This document shows positions 6,544 to 15,613 of a DNA stretch of 64,000 nucleotides, one piece after another. The stretch spans positions 62,001-126,000 of IMG/VR virus record IMGVR_UViG_3300031707_000001. The stretch is one strand, 5' to 3'. A model generated the notes under the pieces. It did no database searches. It had not been told where the DNA came from and worked only from the letters and a program-made list of their open reading frames with translations. Each line of letters begins with the position of its first letter. The stretch's first letter is position 1. Both the position numbers and the translations under genes were made by a program.

Positions 6544-7701
6544 ATGAATTCATCTAGTATTGCAGGTCAAAGGAAGATATGGCCAACTCTCTACAAGAAA
6601 ACTTCTACTGGGGCTGATCAAGCGTGGACAGTTTCAGTAGTCGGGAACCAGATTATTACGAAGTACGGTCAGGTAGGTGGGAAGATACAAGAGACGCCTC
6701 CGACTACTTGTGAAGGCAAGAATATTGGCAAAGCCAACGAAACTACGGCCGAGGACCAGGCGTTGTCGGAAGCCCAGTCGCTGTGGGAGAAGAAGCTAAA
6801 GAAAGACTACAGTGAATCGTTGGACAAGGCTCGCAAAGGTGAAGCCAGTTCATTGATTGAGGGTGGTATCCTTCCCATGCTTGCGAAGCGCTATGACCAG
6901 GACGGTGAGAAGATCGTATGGCCCGCTGTCTGCCAACCAAAGTTGGATGGCCACAGATGTATTGCCATGGTAGACGACAAAGGCAAGTGCACGTTGTGGA
7001 GCCGTACTCGTAAGCCTATCAAGAGTATGCCTCATATTGTGGACGCTATTGAAAAACTGGGATGTGTTGGTATACTCGACGGTGAGCTGTACAACCACGA
7101 TTATCACAACAAGTTTGAAGAACTATGTCACTTCATACGGTCATCTGAATCGGTTAAAGGATGTGAAATTGTACAGTATCATATATACGATACGATTCCG
7201 TTGCCAGCTAACCAGTCAACGGCAACATTTATTCGTCGTATGGGACAACGTGATATAGTACTACGTAAAGCCGATAAAGACATATTGGTGTCCGTGGAAA
7301 CTATTAGGGTAGAAAACGAAGATGAACTTATGGTAGCCTTTGAAAAGTTTCGCAAGGACGGATATGAAGGCGCCATAATTCGTAACGCAGCCGGGTTGTA
7401 CGTGAACAAGCGCTCTTATGATCTGCAAAAGGTCAAAGAGTTTGAGGATACTGAGTTCAAGGTAGTCGATGTTATCGAAGGCAAGGGTAAACTTGCTGGC
7501 CACGGCATCTTTGTTTGCGAAACCAAAACTGGTATGCAGTTCGAAGCTAAGATGATTGGTGAACTGGAAGCACTGAAGAAATTCTGGAAGGATCCCAAGC
7601 TCGCCATTGGCAAGATGCTGACGGTTCAGTTCCAGGGGTATACAACCAAGAACAAGGTGCCTCGATTCCCGGTGGCGCTTAGGTTCCGTGAGGACATATG
7701 A
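6544..7701 (+). CDS. lig: ATP-dependent DNA ligase with WGR-like N-terminal domain
   Basis: PMLAK, motif I QPKLDGHRC (KxDG), LDGELY, YHIYD, GYEGAIIR, KRSYDLQKVKEF, TVQFQGYT...PRFPV. Confidence 0.92.
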   Translation: MNSSSIAGQRKIWPTLYKKTSTGADQAWTVSVVGNQIITKYGQVGGKIQETPPTTCEGKNIGKANETTAEDQALSEAQSLWEKKLKKDYSESLDKARKGEASSLIEGGILPMLAKRYDQDGEKIVWPAVCQPKLDGHRCIAMVDDKGKCTLWSRTRKPIKSMPHIVDAIEKLGCVGILDGELYNHDYHNKFEELCHFIRSSESVKGCEIVQYHIYDTIPLPANQSTATFIRRMGQRDIVLRKADKDILVSVETIRVENEDELMVAFEKFRKDGYEGAIIRNAAGLYVNKRSYDLQKVKEFEDTEFKVVDVIEGKGKLAGHGIFVCETKTGMQFEAKMIGELEALKKFWKDPKLAIGKMLTVQFQGYTTKNKVPRFPVALRFREDI

Positions 7702-7955
7702 GCAAACAAAAGAAGATACGAGGTTGGCGTCCTTGGAAACCAGAGGAAGCTATAGGTAAACGTATACGTGAGACAGATACAGATTGCCTTCACGTAATTA
7801 CTGATGCAGGTGTTGCAGGTTGCACAGTAGGTGGAGAGATTATTTCTTATACGGACATCTTGGACATGTACGAAAGATTAGACGGCACACGCTGTGGCGT
7901 CTATACGTGGATAAAGATACCTAAAGTAGAGCCTGGCTTGGGAGCCATGTGGTAA
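7698..7955 (+). CDS. hypothetical protein
   Basis: Coupled plus-strand ORF. Confidence 0.55.
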   Translation: MSKQKKIRGWRPWKPEEAIGKRIRETDTDCLHVITDAGVAGCTVGGEIISYTDILDMYERLDGTRCGVYTWIKIPKVEPGLGAMW

Positions 7956-7966
7956 AGGAGTAAAGC

Positions 7967-8236
7967 ATGGGTATGTATGATAACGTCAAGTATGAAGCTC
8001 CCTGCCCAAAGTGTGGGGAGAAGATCACGGCTTGGCAGAGCAAGGCTGGTCCTTGTTCGCTAGCTACCTTGGAGCCCTGGGAAGTGGCTAACTTCTATGC
8101 TCCTTGCCTCAAATGTCATGCATGGATAGATGCCAAGGTAAAAGCAGAGATAGAGCACGTTGTAAAACGCTGTGATGTAACACTGTCGGTGGATGAAGAC
8201 TTCTACCTGAGGAAACAAAATGACCAAAGAACGTAG
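7967..8236 (+). CDS. small Zn-ribbon protein
   Basis: MGMYD...CPKCG...WQSKAGPC...CLKC. AAGGAG RBS. Confidence 0.65.
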   Translation: MGMYDNVKYEAPCPKCGEKITAWQSKAGPCSLATLEPWEVANFYAPCLKCHAWIDAKVKAEIEHVVKRCDVTLSVDEDFYLRKQNDQRT

Positions 8237-8687
8237 TAAACAGATATTGGACTACATGGCCAAGCATTCTTCGCCAAAAGATGCCAGGGAAATCATACGC
8301 CGTTGCCAACGGGCCCTGAACAAGCTCTATCAACTTAAAAAGAGATACGATAAGTCTGGTAGATGGAATGCAAAACGTATCGACATTCCTGGTGGTTGTC
8401 CACATTGTCAATATCCCTTTGGAGCAGCCTGTGATGCTTGTCTTTGGACTGTGGCAGTAAATACAATCACAGCTACAAGCACGCATGAACCTTGTACACG
8501 TATTAGGTTCGGAGGATATACTTGGCACGAGGTATTCAACCTAGTAGCACTGAAACCAGATGGCATTAGAATCAACGAAAATTACTTTGATAGATTTTTT
8601 CCAAAGGTGCTGTTTGGAAAAGCTGTGAAGTTCTTACGAGGCCACATCAGATGGGCCAATAGAAAGGATTGGGGAAGTAAACTATGA
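8220..8687 (+). CDS. Cys-rich paralogue family member 1
   Basis: SPK..IIRR; GCPHC..C..CLW; C..IRFGG; FLRGHIRWA..K.WG, all shared with 12478, 13385 and 13858. Confidence 0.7.
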   Translation: MTKERSKQILDYMAKHSSPKDAREIIRRCQRALNKLYQLKKRYDKSGRWNAKRIDIPGGCPHCQYPFGAACDACLWTVAVNTITATSTHEPCTRIRFGGYTWHEVFNLVALKPDGIRINENYFDRFFPKVLFGKAVKFLRGHIRWANRKDWGSKL

Positions 8688-9658
8688 TTGTATTCCACCA
8701 CAACGACCTTGATGGAAGAATGTCTGCAGCGATCATTCATGGATGGGTTGGAATCAAAGATCCTCCTGAGATGGTACATGTAAATGAACACGGAAAAGCT
8801 ATTCTAGGTGCTATGTTCATTGAAATGGACTACGCCAAGCCTATTCCTTGGGATAAGATCAAACCCAACGATCAAGTTTGGATCGTAGACTTCAGTTTCA
8901 GTCCGGAGAACATGAAGAAGCTGTTTGAAATTACCCAGGATGTAACCTGGATCGACCACCACGTAACGGCCATTGAAGAGTTCAAGAATTGGCCCGGTAA
9001 GATCCGTGGTATCAGACAAGGTGGAACAGCTGCCTGTGTGCTGACTTGGAAGTATATCCATTGGTGGACAGCCCGGGGAGAAGGCGAAGAGAACTTTGGC
9101 CTGGGTTGCAAGCCTGGTTTGGAAGTTCCTCGTGCGGTAGCCATGATTGGCGACTACGATGCCTGGCTACATCAAATACCAGATTCAACTGCGTTCTACG
9201 AAGGATGCAAACTGCTCGACAGTACTCCAGGCAGCACTGATATGTGGGAACTGCTGACCGGAGAAGCAGAAGGTGTATTCGGTGATGGAACTCCGCTTCC
9301 CAAGCGAGACGTATGCGGTCCTATCATTGAAAAGGGCAAAGCTGCTATTGCATATCGAGATGCATACTGCAAAGACATGTGCGATTCATATGGCTTTGAA
9401 TCCGAGATCGACGGTATAAAGTGCTGGTTCACGAACATTTACAAGTTCGGATCATTTGGCTTCGCAGACAGGATGAAGAAGTATCCCATCTGTGCGGCCG
9501 GCGTATACAATGGGGAGAGGTGGACCATATCGCTTTACTCAACGACTGTAGACGTATCGGTGGTCTGCAAGAACCACGGCGGTGGAGGCCATACTGGCGC
9601 CGCCGGCTTTGTAACAAAGGACTTTCCCTTTGTAAAGAGTACGTTTGAATGCCTGTAA
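8684..9658 (+). CDS. DHH/DHHA1 phosphoesterase
   Basis: HHNDLDG, IVDFS, WIDHH, C-terminal GGGGHTGAAGF. Confidence 0.88.
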   Translation: MIVFHHNDLDGRMSAAIIHGWVGIKDPPEMVHVNEHGKAILGAMFIEMDYAKPIPWDKIKPNDQVWIVDFSFSPENMKKLFEITQDVTWIDHHVTAIEEFKNWPGKIRGIRQGGTAACVLTWKYIHWWTARGEGEENFGLGCKPGLEVPRAVAMIGDYDAWLHQIPDSTAFYEGCKLLDSTPGSTDMWELLTGEAEGVFGDGTPLPKRDVCGPIIEKGKAAIAYRDAYCKDMCDSYGFESEIDGIKCWFTNIYKFGSFGFADRMKKYPICAAGVYNGERWTISLYSTTVDVSVVCKNHGGGGHTGAAGFVTKDFPFVKSTFECL

Positions 9659-9882
9659 TGAACATATGGGCCCGGGGATGCTTAACTGTATCCTCGGGCC
9701 CTTAATACAGAATTGAGGAGCAATACAATGACTGTAGCTGAATTGAAAGATGAACTGGATGCATACCCAGGAGACTGGAAAGTCTTTATAGACTCCAGTG
9801 GATCGGTTGCAACACTCAAGGTAGAAAATACAAAAAAGCCAGGTGATAAAAACGATATCATCATGGAAGAAGATGACGAAGT

Positions 9883-10095
9883 ATGAAAAAGAAAGCTATG
9901 TGGCGGGACCCACAAAAGAAGATCGTGCCAAATCCAGGAAGCGATGAAGCTCTGGGAAAAGGTTGCAAGTGTCCAGTAATGGACAATGAACATGGAAAAG
10001 GATGGATGGGTCAACGAAATCTATTCGTCATGTCTGGTGATTGTCCACTTCACGGCAAGTTGATGGCTAAAGCCAAGCCAGTACGGAGGAATTAG
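9883..10095 (+). CDS. small Cys-containing phage protein
   Basis: PNPGSDEA..GCKCPVMDNEHGKG...CPLH. Confidence 0.6.
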   Translation: MKKKAMWRDPQKKIVPNPGSDEALGKGCKCPVMDNEHGKGWMGQRNLFVMSGDCPLHGKLMAKAKPVRRN

Positions 10096-10098
10096 ACG

Positions 10099-10482
10099 AT
10101 GTGTAGAGCACACTATTCAGGACCAGGATTGGTTGAGATAAAGCCATACAAGGAAAGGCTCAAACCCAACGGCAGACCGAATGGAACCTTTGTCATTTCC
10201 ATTGACGATGGTTATGTCGAGTACTCCTACGACCTGCGTCTTCGCAGCGAAAAGTATAGTATAGACTATGAAAAGATTTTCTTCAATGTCAGGGACAAGG
10301 ACGGCCGGTTGCACGAATCCAGTTTCATTAGGATGAATTTTGAATCAGATACGCTTTCGTTTGGAAGCTTAGCCCCCAAAGACCTTAATATTCACCCATA
10401 CCCGGCTATAATACATGTAGGTATTATATCTGTACAACTAACAACCAAAAGGAGACAGTGTTATGAAGATCATCGTTTCTAA
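10099..10482 (+). CDS. doubtful mosaic ORF containing sequence copied from the gene at 44025
   Basis: Contains exact copies of 44408-44480 and 44297-44326; runs through a promoter motif. Confidence 0.3.
   Translation: MCRAHYSGPGLVEIKPYKERLKPNGRPNGTFVISIDDGYVEYSYDLRLRSEKYSIDYEKIFFNVRDKDGRLHESSFIRMNFESDTLSFGSLAPKDLNIHPYPAIIHVGIISVQLTTKRRQCYEDHRF
10384..10421 (+). promoter_or_regulatory. CTTAAT-N17-TATAAT promoter-like element (copy 2)
   Basis: CTTAAT 10384-10389, TATAAT 10407-10412, then ACATGTAGG. Confidence 0.6.
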
Positions 10483-10600
10483 CATGACAGCAGCAGCTTC
10501 GGCATTCTCGGCTCAGACGATTGGGTTGCGGACTACAATGCAAAGTACTGCACGGTTGCCGACGTTCCCGTGGAACCGGTTCCCGTGGTCTAAACGTTAG
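10463..10600 (+). CDS. 45-aa small protein (not in ORF track)
   Basis: AAAGGAG RBS, MKIIVSNMTAAASAFSAQTIGLRTT...; lies between a promoter and a terminator. Confidence 0.5.
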   Translation: MKIIVSNMTAAASAFSAQTIGLRTTMQSTARLPTFPWNRFPWSKR

Positions 10601-10614
10601 GGTTGGAGGTGAAG

Positions 10615-10650
10615 GAACGTCCGGGGACTACAACCCGGGCGTTCTTTTCG
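10615..10650 (+). terminator. probable intrinsic terminator
   Basis: GAACGTCCGGG/CCCGGGCGTTC stem followed by TTTT. Confidence 0.55.
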
Positions 10651-10684
10651 CTATCGTAAGTTCAGTAAAGAAAGGAAGGATACT

Positions 10685-11203
10685 ATGAAGGAAAAGATCA
10701 GGCAGCGGTGTTTGGAGCAGGTCGTCAAAACGTGTCAGAGGTTGCGGCCCACAGAACTCTTCGAGAACAAGCAAGAGTTCGAGTTGGCCACGGCCGAACG
10801 AAACATGGCGCTTGAGGCTTGTTTCCCGCACATCACAGTTGAGGCTGTGGCCCGGGCGATCATTCGGGGTGAGCACAGTGTCTGTACAAGCTTGGCCGAC
10901 CACGGTCAATATCGGGATCTGTACGGTACAACGATGATGGTGCTGGAGAACATCTGGCGCAAAGCAACAGACCAGTTTCAAGTGCGTCGGAAGCTGTTCC
11001 TTGAGGAACGTCTAAGGCGCATCAATGCTGCTGAACAGAAGGCCAAGGAAGAAGAGGCTCTTGCAGTGGCAAAGGCCGCCGAAGCTTCCCTGGTAAAGCT
11101 GGTACCTGAAGTGCGGGTGGAGACGCCTGAGGTACTGCCTCCGGAGACAGACAGCGGACTGGGCACCTTGAAGAAGATGTTCAGCTGGATGAGACTGCTG
11201 TAG
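10685..11203 (+). CDS. hypothetical helical protein
   Basis: Strong RBS AAGGA, 172 aa. Confidence 0.65.
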   Translation: MKEKIRQRCLEQVVKTCQRLRPTELFENKQEFELATAERNMALEACFPHITVEAVARAIIRGEHSVCTSLADHGQYRDLYGTTMMVLENIWRKATDQFQVRRKLFLEERLRRINAAEQKAKEEEALAVAKAAEASLVKLVPEVRVETPEVLPPETDSGLGTLKKMFSWMRLL

Positions 11204-11212
11204 GAGGGGCAT

Positions 11213-11449
11213 ATGTGGAAGAGATGCCCAAAGTGTGGTGGACAGCATTGCAACTATGTTGCATGGTGCGCAACATGCATAGAACAAGAAGGGATAAAGG
11301 CACGTAAGCAGAGAGTAAGTACTAGCCTTAGCAAATTCGCTAAGGCTAGACGTGGACTCTTCAATGCCGATATCGAATTGGCTAAGTACGAAAAGGAAAA
11401 GGAAAAAGAGGCGATGGTACGTTACGTTCCAACGTATTCTGGAAACTGA
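11213..11449 (+). CDS. small Zn-finger protein
   Basis: CPKCGGQHC...CATC. GGAGG RBS. Confidence 0.6.
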   Translation: MWKRCPKCGGQHCNYVAWCATCIEQEGIKARKQRVSTSLSKFAKARRGLFNADIELAKYEKEKEKEAMVRYVPTYSGN

Positions 11450-11458
11450 AAGGAGTCA

Positions 11459-11662
11459 ATGCAGATGAAGACGGGAAAGCCCCAGCACGGTTCAGGAAAG
11501 ACCCGGGGAAACCGGATTAAGCGGCCAGGCCAGTCGTGGCTGGACGCAATAGGGAAGGGGTATAGCAAACCCCAACCGCCGGCCGAACCTGTGGAAGAAG
11601 TCATAGTGGAGGTCGTGGAACTGCAGAAGGTCATCGAACTTCCGAAACAAGAAGGAACATAA
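11459..11662 (+). CDS. hypothetical protein
   Basis: AAGGAG RBS. Confidence 0.55.
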   Translation: MQMKTGKPQHGSGKTRGNRIKRPGQSWLDAIGKGYSKPQPPAEPVEEVIVEVVELQKVIELPKQEGT

Positions 11663-11826
11663 ACGATGTCGGTTCCCGGTTGTCGAGGCAAACCGCCAGT
11701 GGCCGTGGATGGGTTCACTCCCATCTGCCCGCCCAAGAAAATAACTGGACTAGTATGCAAAGAGGGACTCCAAATCTTTTCTTTGTGCTGTCTTTAGTAA
11801 CCGCCTCACTCATTTCAAGGAGGACA

Positions 11827-12102
11827 ATGAAATTGCCGGAGAAGTACCAGAGAGTCATGGTGACAGGTTTGTTTGCGGGTATCTTTTCGTCTCACGTCTG
11901 TGTAGTCAAGGACGCCACGGACGAGGAGATATTGAGGGCTTGCAACAGAGAGGATCCCCGGGCAGCCGGGTTTTCCTGGACCAAAGTAATACGTACGAAG
12001 AAGGACATTCAGGATTTGAAGTTGAACGTGGCCAAAGGATTTCAAGGTATTCCGGTGCCTTGCGTGGAGTGTCCCGATCGGATACACATGGTTGTAAGGT
12101 AG
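11827..12102 (+). CDS. hypothetical protein
   Basis: AGGAGG RBS before ATG 11827; C-terminal CVEC...H. Confidence 0.6.
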   Translation: MKLPEKYQRVMVTGLFAGIFSSHVCVVKDATDEEILRACNREDPRAAGFSWTKVIRTKKDIQDLKLNVAKGFQGIPVPCVECPDRIHMVVR

Positions 12103-12214
12103 GCATTGAACGAGGTGGAGCGGCGGCTGCAGCGGCAACGTAACAGGGATCGATGTCAATAAGATCCTTTAACAAATACAATGCCGCTGTGGTCGTTCGC
12201 ACAAGGAGGAAACA

Positions 12215-12481
12215 ATGACAACAGAAGAGAAGATCCTAGCGCTTGTTGCACACTGGTATGATGTCAAGCAGAGGCAACGTCGTTTGCATACCGTAGACAT
12301 ACCCGCACTAATGCAGCGTATATCAGAATTGAAGCGTTCAGAGGGCGAATACCGGCATCAGTTAAAGGGCCAACTGAAGTCTGTGAAGGAAGATTATCGG
12401 CAGTTGCTTGAGTTGGAAGCGGACATACTGGTGCGGCTGGCAACGGTGATGGAGTTGGGGAAGGAAATCGAAAAGCTATGA
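12215..12481 (+). CDS. coiled-coil hypothetical protein
   Basis: AGGAGG RBS; heptad pattern. Confidence 0.6.
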   Translation: MTTEEKILALVAHWYDVKQRQRRLHTVDIPALMQRISELKRSEGEYRHQLKGQLKSVKEDYRQLLELEADILVRLATVMELGKEIEKL

Positions 12482-13026
12482 AAAGACTCACGTTAACAAG
12501 AGAACAACGTAATGCCAAGGTGCTACGCTATGTGGCCGAGCACAGTCCAAAGACGTGGGCTACAGCTATACGTAAGCGCTTCGAAACCGTGCTTAAAGCG
12601 CTGCGTCGGTACGAAGTTGAGCTCAACTCAATCTGCATAACTTTGTTGGGAAACGTTCGGACTAATCCGAACGGAAAGTACTATGATCAGGATCACTTTA
12701 GTTTGGGATGCCCACACTGCAATGACTTTCAGTGTCAGAGTGAAAATGGCAACTGCTTGTATGTTAAGGCGTGCAAGTTATATGGTATACGCTGTTATAC
12801 CTACGACTGTGCGTCGATTAGGTTTGGCGGGTTTACGTTGGATGATGTATCTGGTAGCGATGTTTCAGTTACATTGGCATCAGATGGTGTAAAAACAAGG
12901 GTCGCCGTATTGGGAACCGAAAGAACGACCCGTGTATTAAAGCAATTAGAGCAGTGCGTGGCGTTTTGCAAGGGTCACATTGCCTGGGCGAACAAACCTT
13001 ACTGGGGGAGGAAGTACAAGAAATGA
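12478..13026 (+). CDS. Cys-rich paralogue family member 2
   Basis: VLRYVAEHSPK; GCPHC; CASIRFGG; FCKGHIAWANKPYWG. Confidence 0.7.
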   Translation: MKRLTLTREQRNAKVLRYVAEHSPKTWATAIRKRFETVLKALRRYEVELNSICITLLGNVRTNPNGKYYDQDHFSLGCPHCNDFQCQSENGNCLYVKACKLYGIRCYTYDCASIRFGGFTLDDVSGSDVSVTLASDGVKTRVAVLGTERTTRVLKQLEQCVAFCKGHIAWANKPYWGRKYKK

Positions 13027-13388
13027 GAAGAATCACGATTAAGGAATACAAGGCCGAACTGAAGAAGCAAGGCGTATCACGCAACAACGTATGCTTCGTC
13101 TGTCCGGCCTGCGGCACGGTGCAGAGCGCCGACGACCTGATCAAGGCAGGCGCCGGCAAAAAGTTCGAGGACGTCAGGAAGTACCTGGGGTTCTCCTGCG
13201 TGGGAAGGTTCACCGGAATGAATCAACCTCCCAAGGTAAAGGGAACCCAGGTAGGGTGTGATTGGACCCTGGGAGGGTTGCTTGGCATTCACCAGTTGGT
13301 GGTGATAACTCCGGACGACGAATCGCATCCCTGCTTTGAGATAGCATCTCCGGAGCAGGCGCAGAAACACTTGGAGGCAAAAACGTGA
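13023..13388 (+). CDS. VVA0879-like Cys-rich protein
   Basis: FVCPACGTVQS...FSCVGRF...GCDWTLGGL pattern recalled for this family. Confidence 0.55.
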   Translation: MRRITIKEYKAELKKQGVSRNNVCFVCPACGTVQSADDLIKAGAGKKFEDVRKYLGFSCVGRFTGMNQPPKVKGTQVGCDWTLGGLLGIHQLVVITPDDESHPCFEIASPEQAQKHLEAKT

Positions 13389-13861
13389 ACAGGTACAAGA
13401 CAGACTGGAAGGTGTTGCGCTACATAGCAGAGCGGTCTCCGAAGCACTTTGCAACGCAGATTCGCAAGCGCAATCAGGGATTGCTGGATGCCTTGAACAA
13501 AAGACGGGATAGATTTATATCGTCCGTTGGATGTCCACACTGTGACGGTGATTGCTGTTCCTGCCTATGGTCGGAAGCGTATAAGCATTATCATTCTGAT
13601 AGGTTGCATATCATCATGAACGCCTGCGTTCTCGTGAACTTTGGTGGGTTGCATATCATGAACGCCTGCGTTCTCGTGAACTTTGGTGGGTACAGCATAC
13701 CCGATGTTCGGCAAGTCGTGAGTTATTGGAGTTTCCAGGAACAGGTTAAATCCATTCACGACAGCAACGTCCGGGAAATCATGAAAGCCAAGGCTTTCCT
13801 GAAAGCCCACATAGCGTGGACCAAAAAGCCCTACTGGGGCAGGAAGGTCAAGCATACATGA
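13385..13861 (+). CDS. Cys-rich paralogue family member 3 (with 14-aa tandem duplication)
   Basis: VLRYIAERSPK; GCPHC; HIMNACVLVNFGG duplicated; FLKAHIAWTKKPYWG. Confidence 0.7.
   Translation: MNRYKTDWKVLRYIAERSPKHFATQIRKRNQGLLDALNKRRDRFISSVGCPHCDGDCCSCLWSEAYKHYHSDRLHIIMNACVLVNFGGLHIMNACVLVNFGGYSIPDVRQVVSYWSFQEQVKSIHDSNVREIMKAKAFLKAHIAWTKKPYWGRKVKHT
13613..13691. repeat. in-frame tandem duplication, period 42 bp
   Basis: ATCATGAACGCCTGCGTTCTCGTGAACTTTGGTGGGT at 13613 and 13655. Confidence 0.9.
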
Positions 13862-14343
13862 AGCGAAAGACGCACAAGACAGACTGGGCCGTACTTCGAC
13901 GGGTAGCAGAGCGAAGCCCGAAGAGCTTTGCTCTGCGCATACGCAGGCGCAACGTTGGGCTATTGCGAGCCCTGGAGAAGCACAATTGGGTCTTCTCTTC
14001 CCACGTGGGATGTCCGCACTGTGTCGACTGCGAAACTTGCCTTTGGATAGAGGCAATGAAAGCAGTAAAGAACGTCAACGATGGATGTTGCGGAGTGCGT
14101 TTTGGTGGACTACCCCTACGTAGAATACATATGATTGCATATGATTCTACTTCAGAAAAGGTGTACTCACCAAACACCCTGCCCGGAGATCTGTTTCTAC
14201 GATACTTCAACGACGCAGTACGCTTCGTGAAAGCCCACATAGCGTGGACCAAAAAGCCCTACTGGGGCAGGAAGCTCAATAAACCAAAAAGCCCTACTGG
14301 GGCAGGAAGCTCAATAAACCATGAAGAAACTCAACACACGTGA
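13858..14343 (+). CDS. Cys-rich paralogue family member 4
   Basis: VLRRVAERSPK; GCPHC..C..CLW; CCGVRFGG; FVKAHIAWTKKPYWG. Confidence 0.7.
   Translation: MKRKTHKTDWAVLRRVAERSPKSFALRIRRRNVGLLRALEKHNWVFSSHVGCPHCVDCETCLWIEAMKAVKNVNDGCCGVRFGGLPLRRIHMIAYDSTSEKVYSPNTLPGDLFLRYFNDAVRFVKAHIAWTKKPYWGRKLNKPKSPTGAGSSINHEETQHT
14248..14320. repeat. 35-bp tandem duplication
   Basis: ACCAAAAAGCCCTACTGGGGCAGGAAGCTCAATAA at 14248 and 14283. Confidence 0.9.
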
Positions 14344-14506
14344 TGCACCTCCAGGGTATATGCCGATCGAGGCAACAACCCAAGCTCAGCGGGACTGCAA
14401 AGGATGTGCATTTTCACGTAGTCGTCGATGTGGAATTGACATGCGCTGTATTGCCGGTGAGCGGAAGGACGGCCGCAGCGTCATTTTCAAAAGTAGGTCA
14501 AAGTGA
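14321..14506 (+). CDS. small Cys-rich protein
   Basis: CKGCAF...C...C....RKDG.SVIF. Confidence 0.55.
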   Translation: MKKLNTRDAPPGYMPIEATTQAQRDCKGCAFSRSRRCGIDMRCIAGERKDGRSVIFKSRSK

Positions 14507-14697
14507 TTAAAGCAAGACACATAGCTATAGCCGTACTGTCGGCGATATACACGTCGGCCTGGTGGAGTCTGGCAATGTTTGGATTCCCCGGCAAGGAGCA
14601 GAATACTGGAATGATTCCGGTGATAGTCGTAGCGGTACTGGGATCAATAGGTATTCTGTTTTGTTTGGGTACTACGTTCACTATCGAGGGGGAGTAA
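14503..14697 (+). CDS. two-TM small membrane protein
   Basis: Two hydrophobic stretches. Confidence 0.55.
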   Translation: MIKARHIAIAVLSAIYTSAWWSLAMFGFPGKEQNTGMIPVIVVAVLGSIGILFCLGTTFTIEGE

Positions 14698-14905
14698 ACC
14701 AACAAAGTTTGCAGACTGATTCTCAGTCTAACAAATATTTCAGTCAATAGTCCAGACTGGCATATTTGTAGACCCTGCTTGTATAAGATGTAGGGCCTGA
14801 ACAGGATATGAAACTACACGAAACATAAGCATTTGGGGGCCGGCGTGGGGCAAACCCGGGGTGAAACCTGGGTTCCACGCCCACCCTCATGCGTAAGGAG
14901 GATAC

Positions 14906-15613
14906 ATGACAATGATATCAGGGTTTATCACATTTGGACTGCTGATGTTCCTATGCAAAGCACTCAACGATCTGGTATATCACTTCGTTCATAAGCACCG
15001 TGCCAAGAACGGGATATACTGGATGCTGGCCCACGAACCCTGGGTTCGATGGAGCGTAGGCGGGGCTGTGGGATTCCTGGTGGCATTCATTGTGATGACA
15101 GAGTTTCTAAATGCCAGTGCACCAAGGAATTACGTAGTTCCGGAACCGACTGTGGTAACAAAACCTATCAATAACGCTGTGTTTTGTTACAGTAACATGG
15201 AGAATGTTACCCTGCAAGATAATGTTATCGAGCAGGATAAGGCAGAGGCCCGCAAATGGGCAGCATACGCCATATGGTACGAAGCCAGGGGTGAAGGACC
15301 ACAGGGGCGCCTGGCGGTCGCCAGCGTGCTCTGGAACCGCTCTGGTGGCGAGCCTGGGAACATCCTGGGAGTGCTGCAGAACACCAATTGGCTGGGCCGG
15401 CCGGACCTGCTGGATCCATCCAAAGCCGATCCGGAATGTCCAATATACCAGGAATCCAAGGTATTGGCTCAAGATCTGATAGCTGGGACATTTCGGCCGA
15501 TCGGAAGGTGGACCCACTTCTATGCACCGGCGAAGGCAGATCCTCCCTGGAAGTGGCAGTTGAAGGGTAAGAAACAGATTGGAAACCACGTGTTTGGAGT
15601 ACTACCACAATGA
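14906..15613 (+). CDS. membrane-anchored SleB/Hydrolase_2 cell-wall hydrolase
   Basis: AIWYEARGEGPQGRLAVASVLWNR and THFYAP..PPW...IGNHVF; two N-terminal TM segments. Confidence 0.85.
   Translation: MTMISGFITFGLLMFLCKALNDLVYHFVHKHRAKNGIYWMLAHEPWVRWSVGGAVGFLVAFIVMTEFLNASAPRNYVVPEPTVVTKPINNAVFCYSNMENVTLQDNVIEQDKAEARKWAAYAIWYEARGEGPQGRLAVASVLWNRSGGEPGNILGVLQNTNWLGRPDLLDPSKADPECPIYQESKVLAQDLIAGTFRPIGRWTHFYAPAKADPPWKWQLKGKKQIGNHVFGVLPQ

Noticed and set aside
10266-14320. Diversity-generating retroelement explanation for the duplicated segments
   Set aside because: Copies are exact, with no adenine-specific mismatches, and no reverse transcriptase is present in the window.
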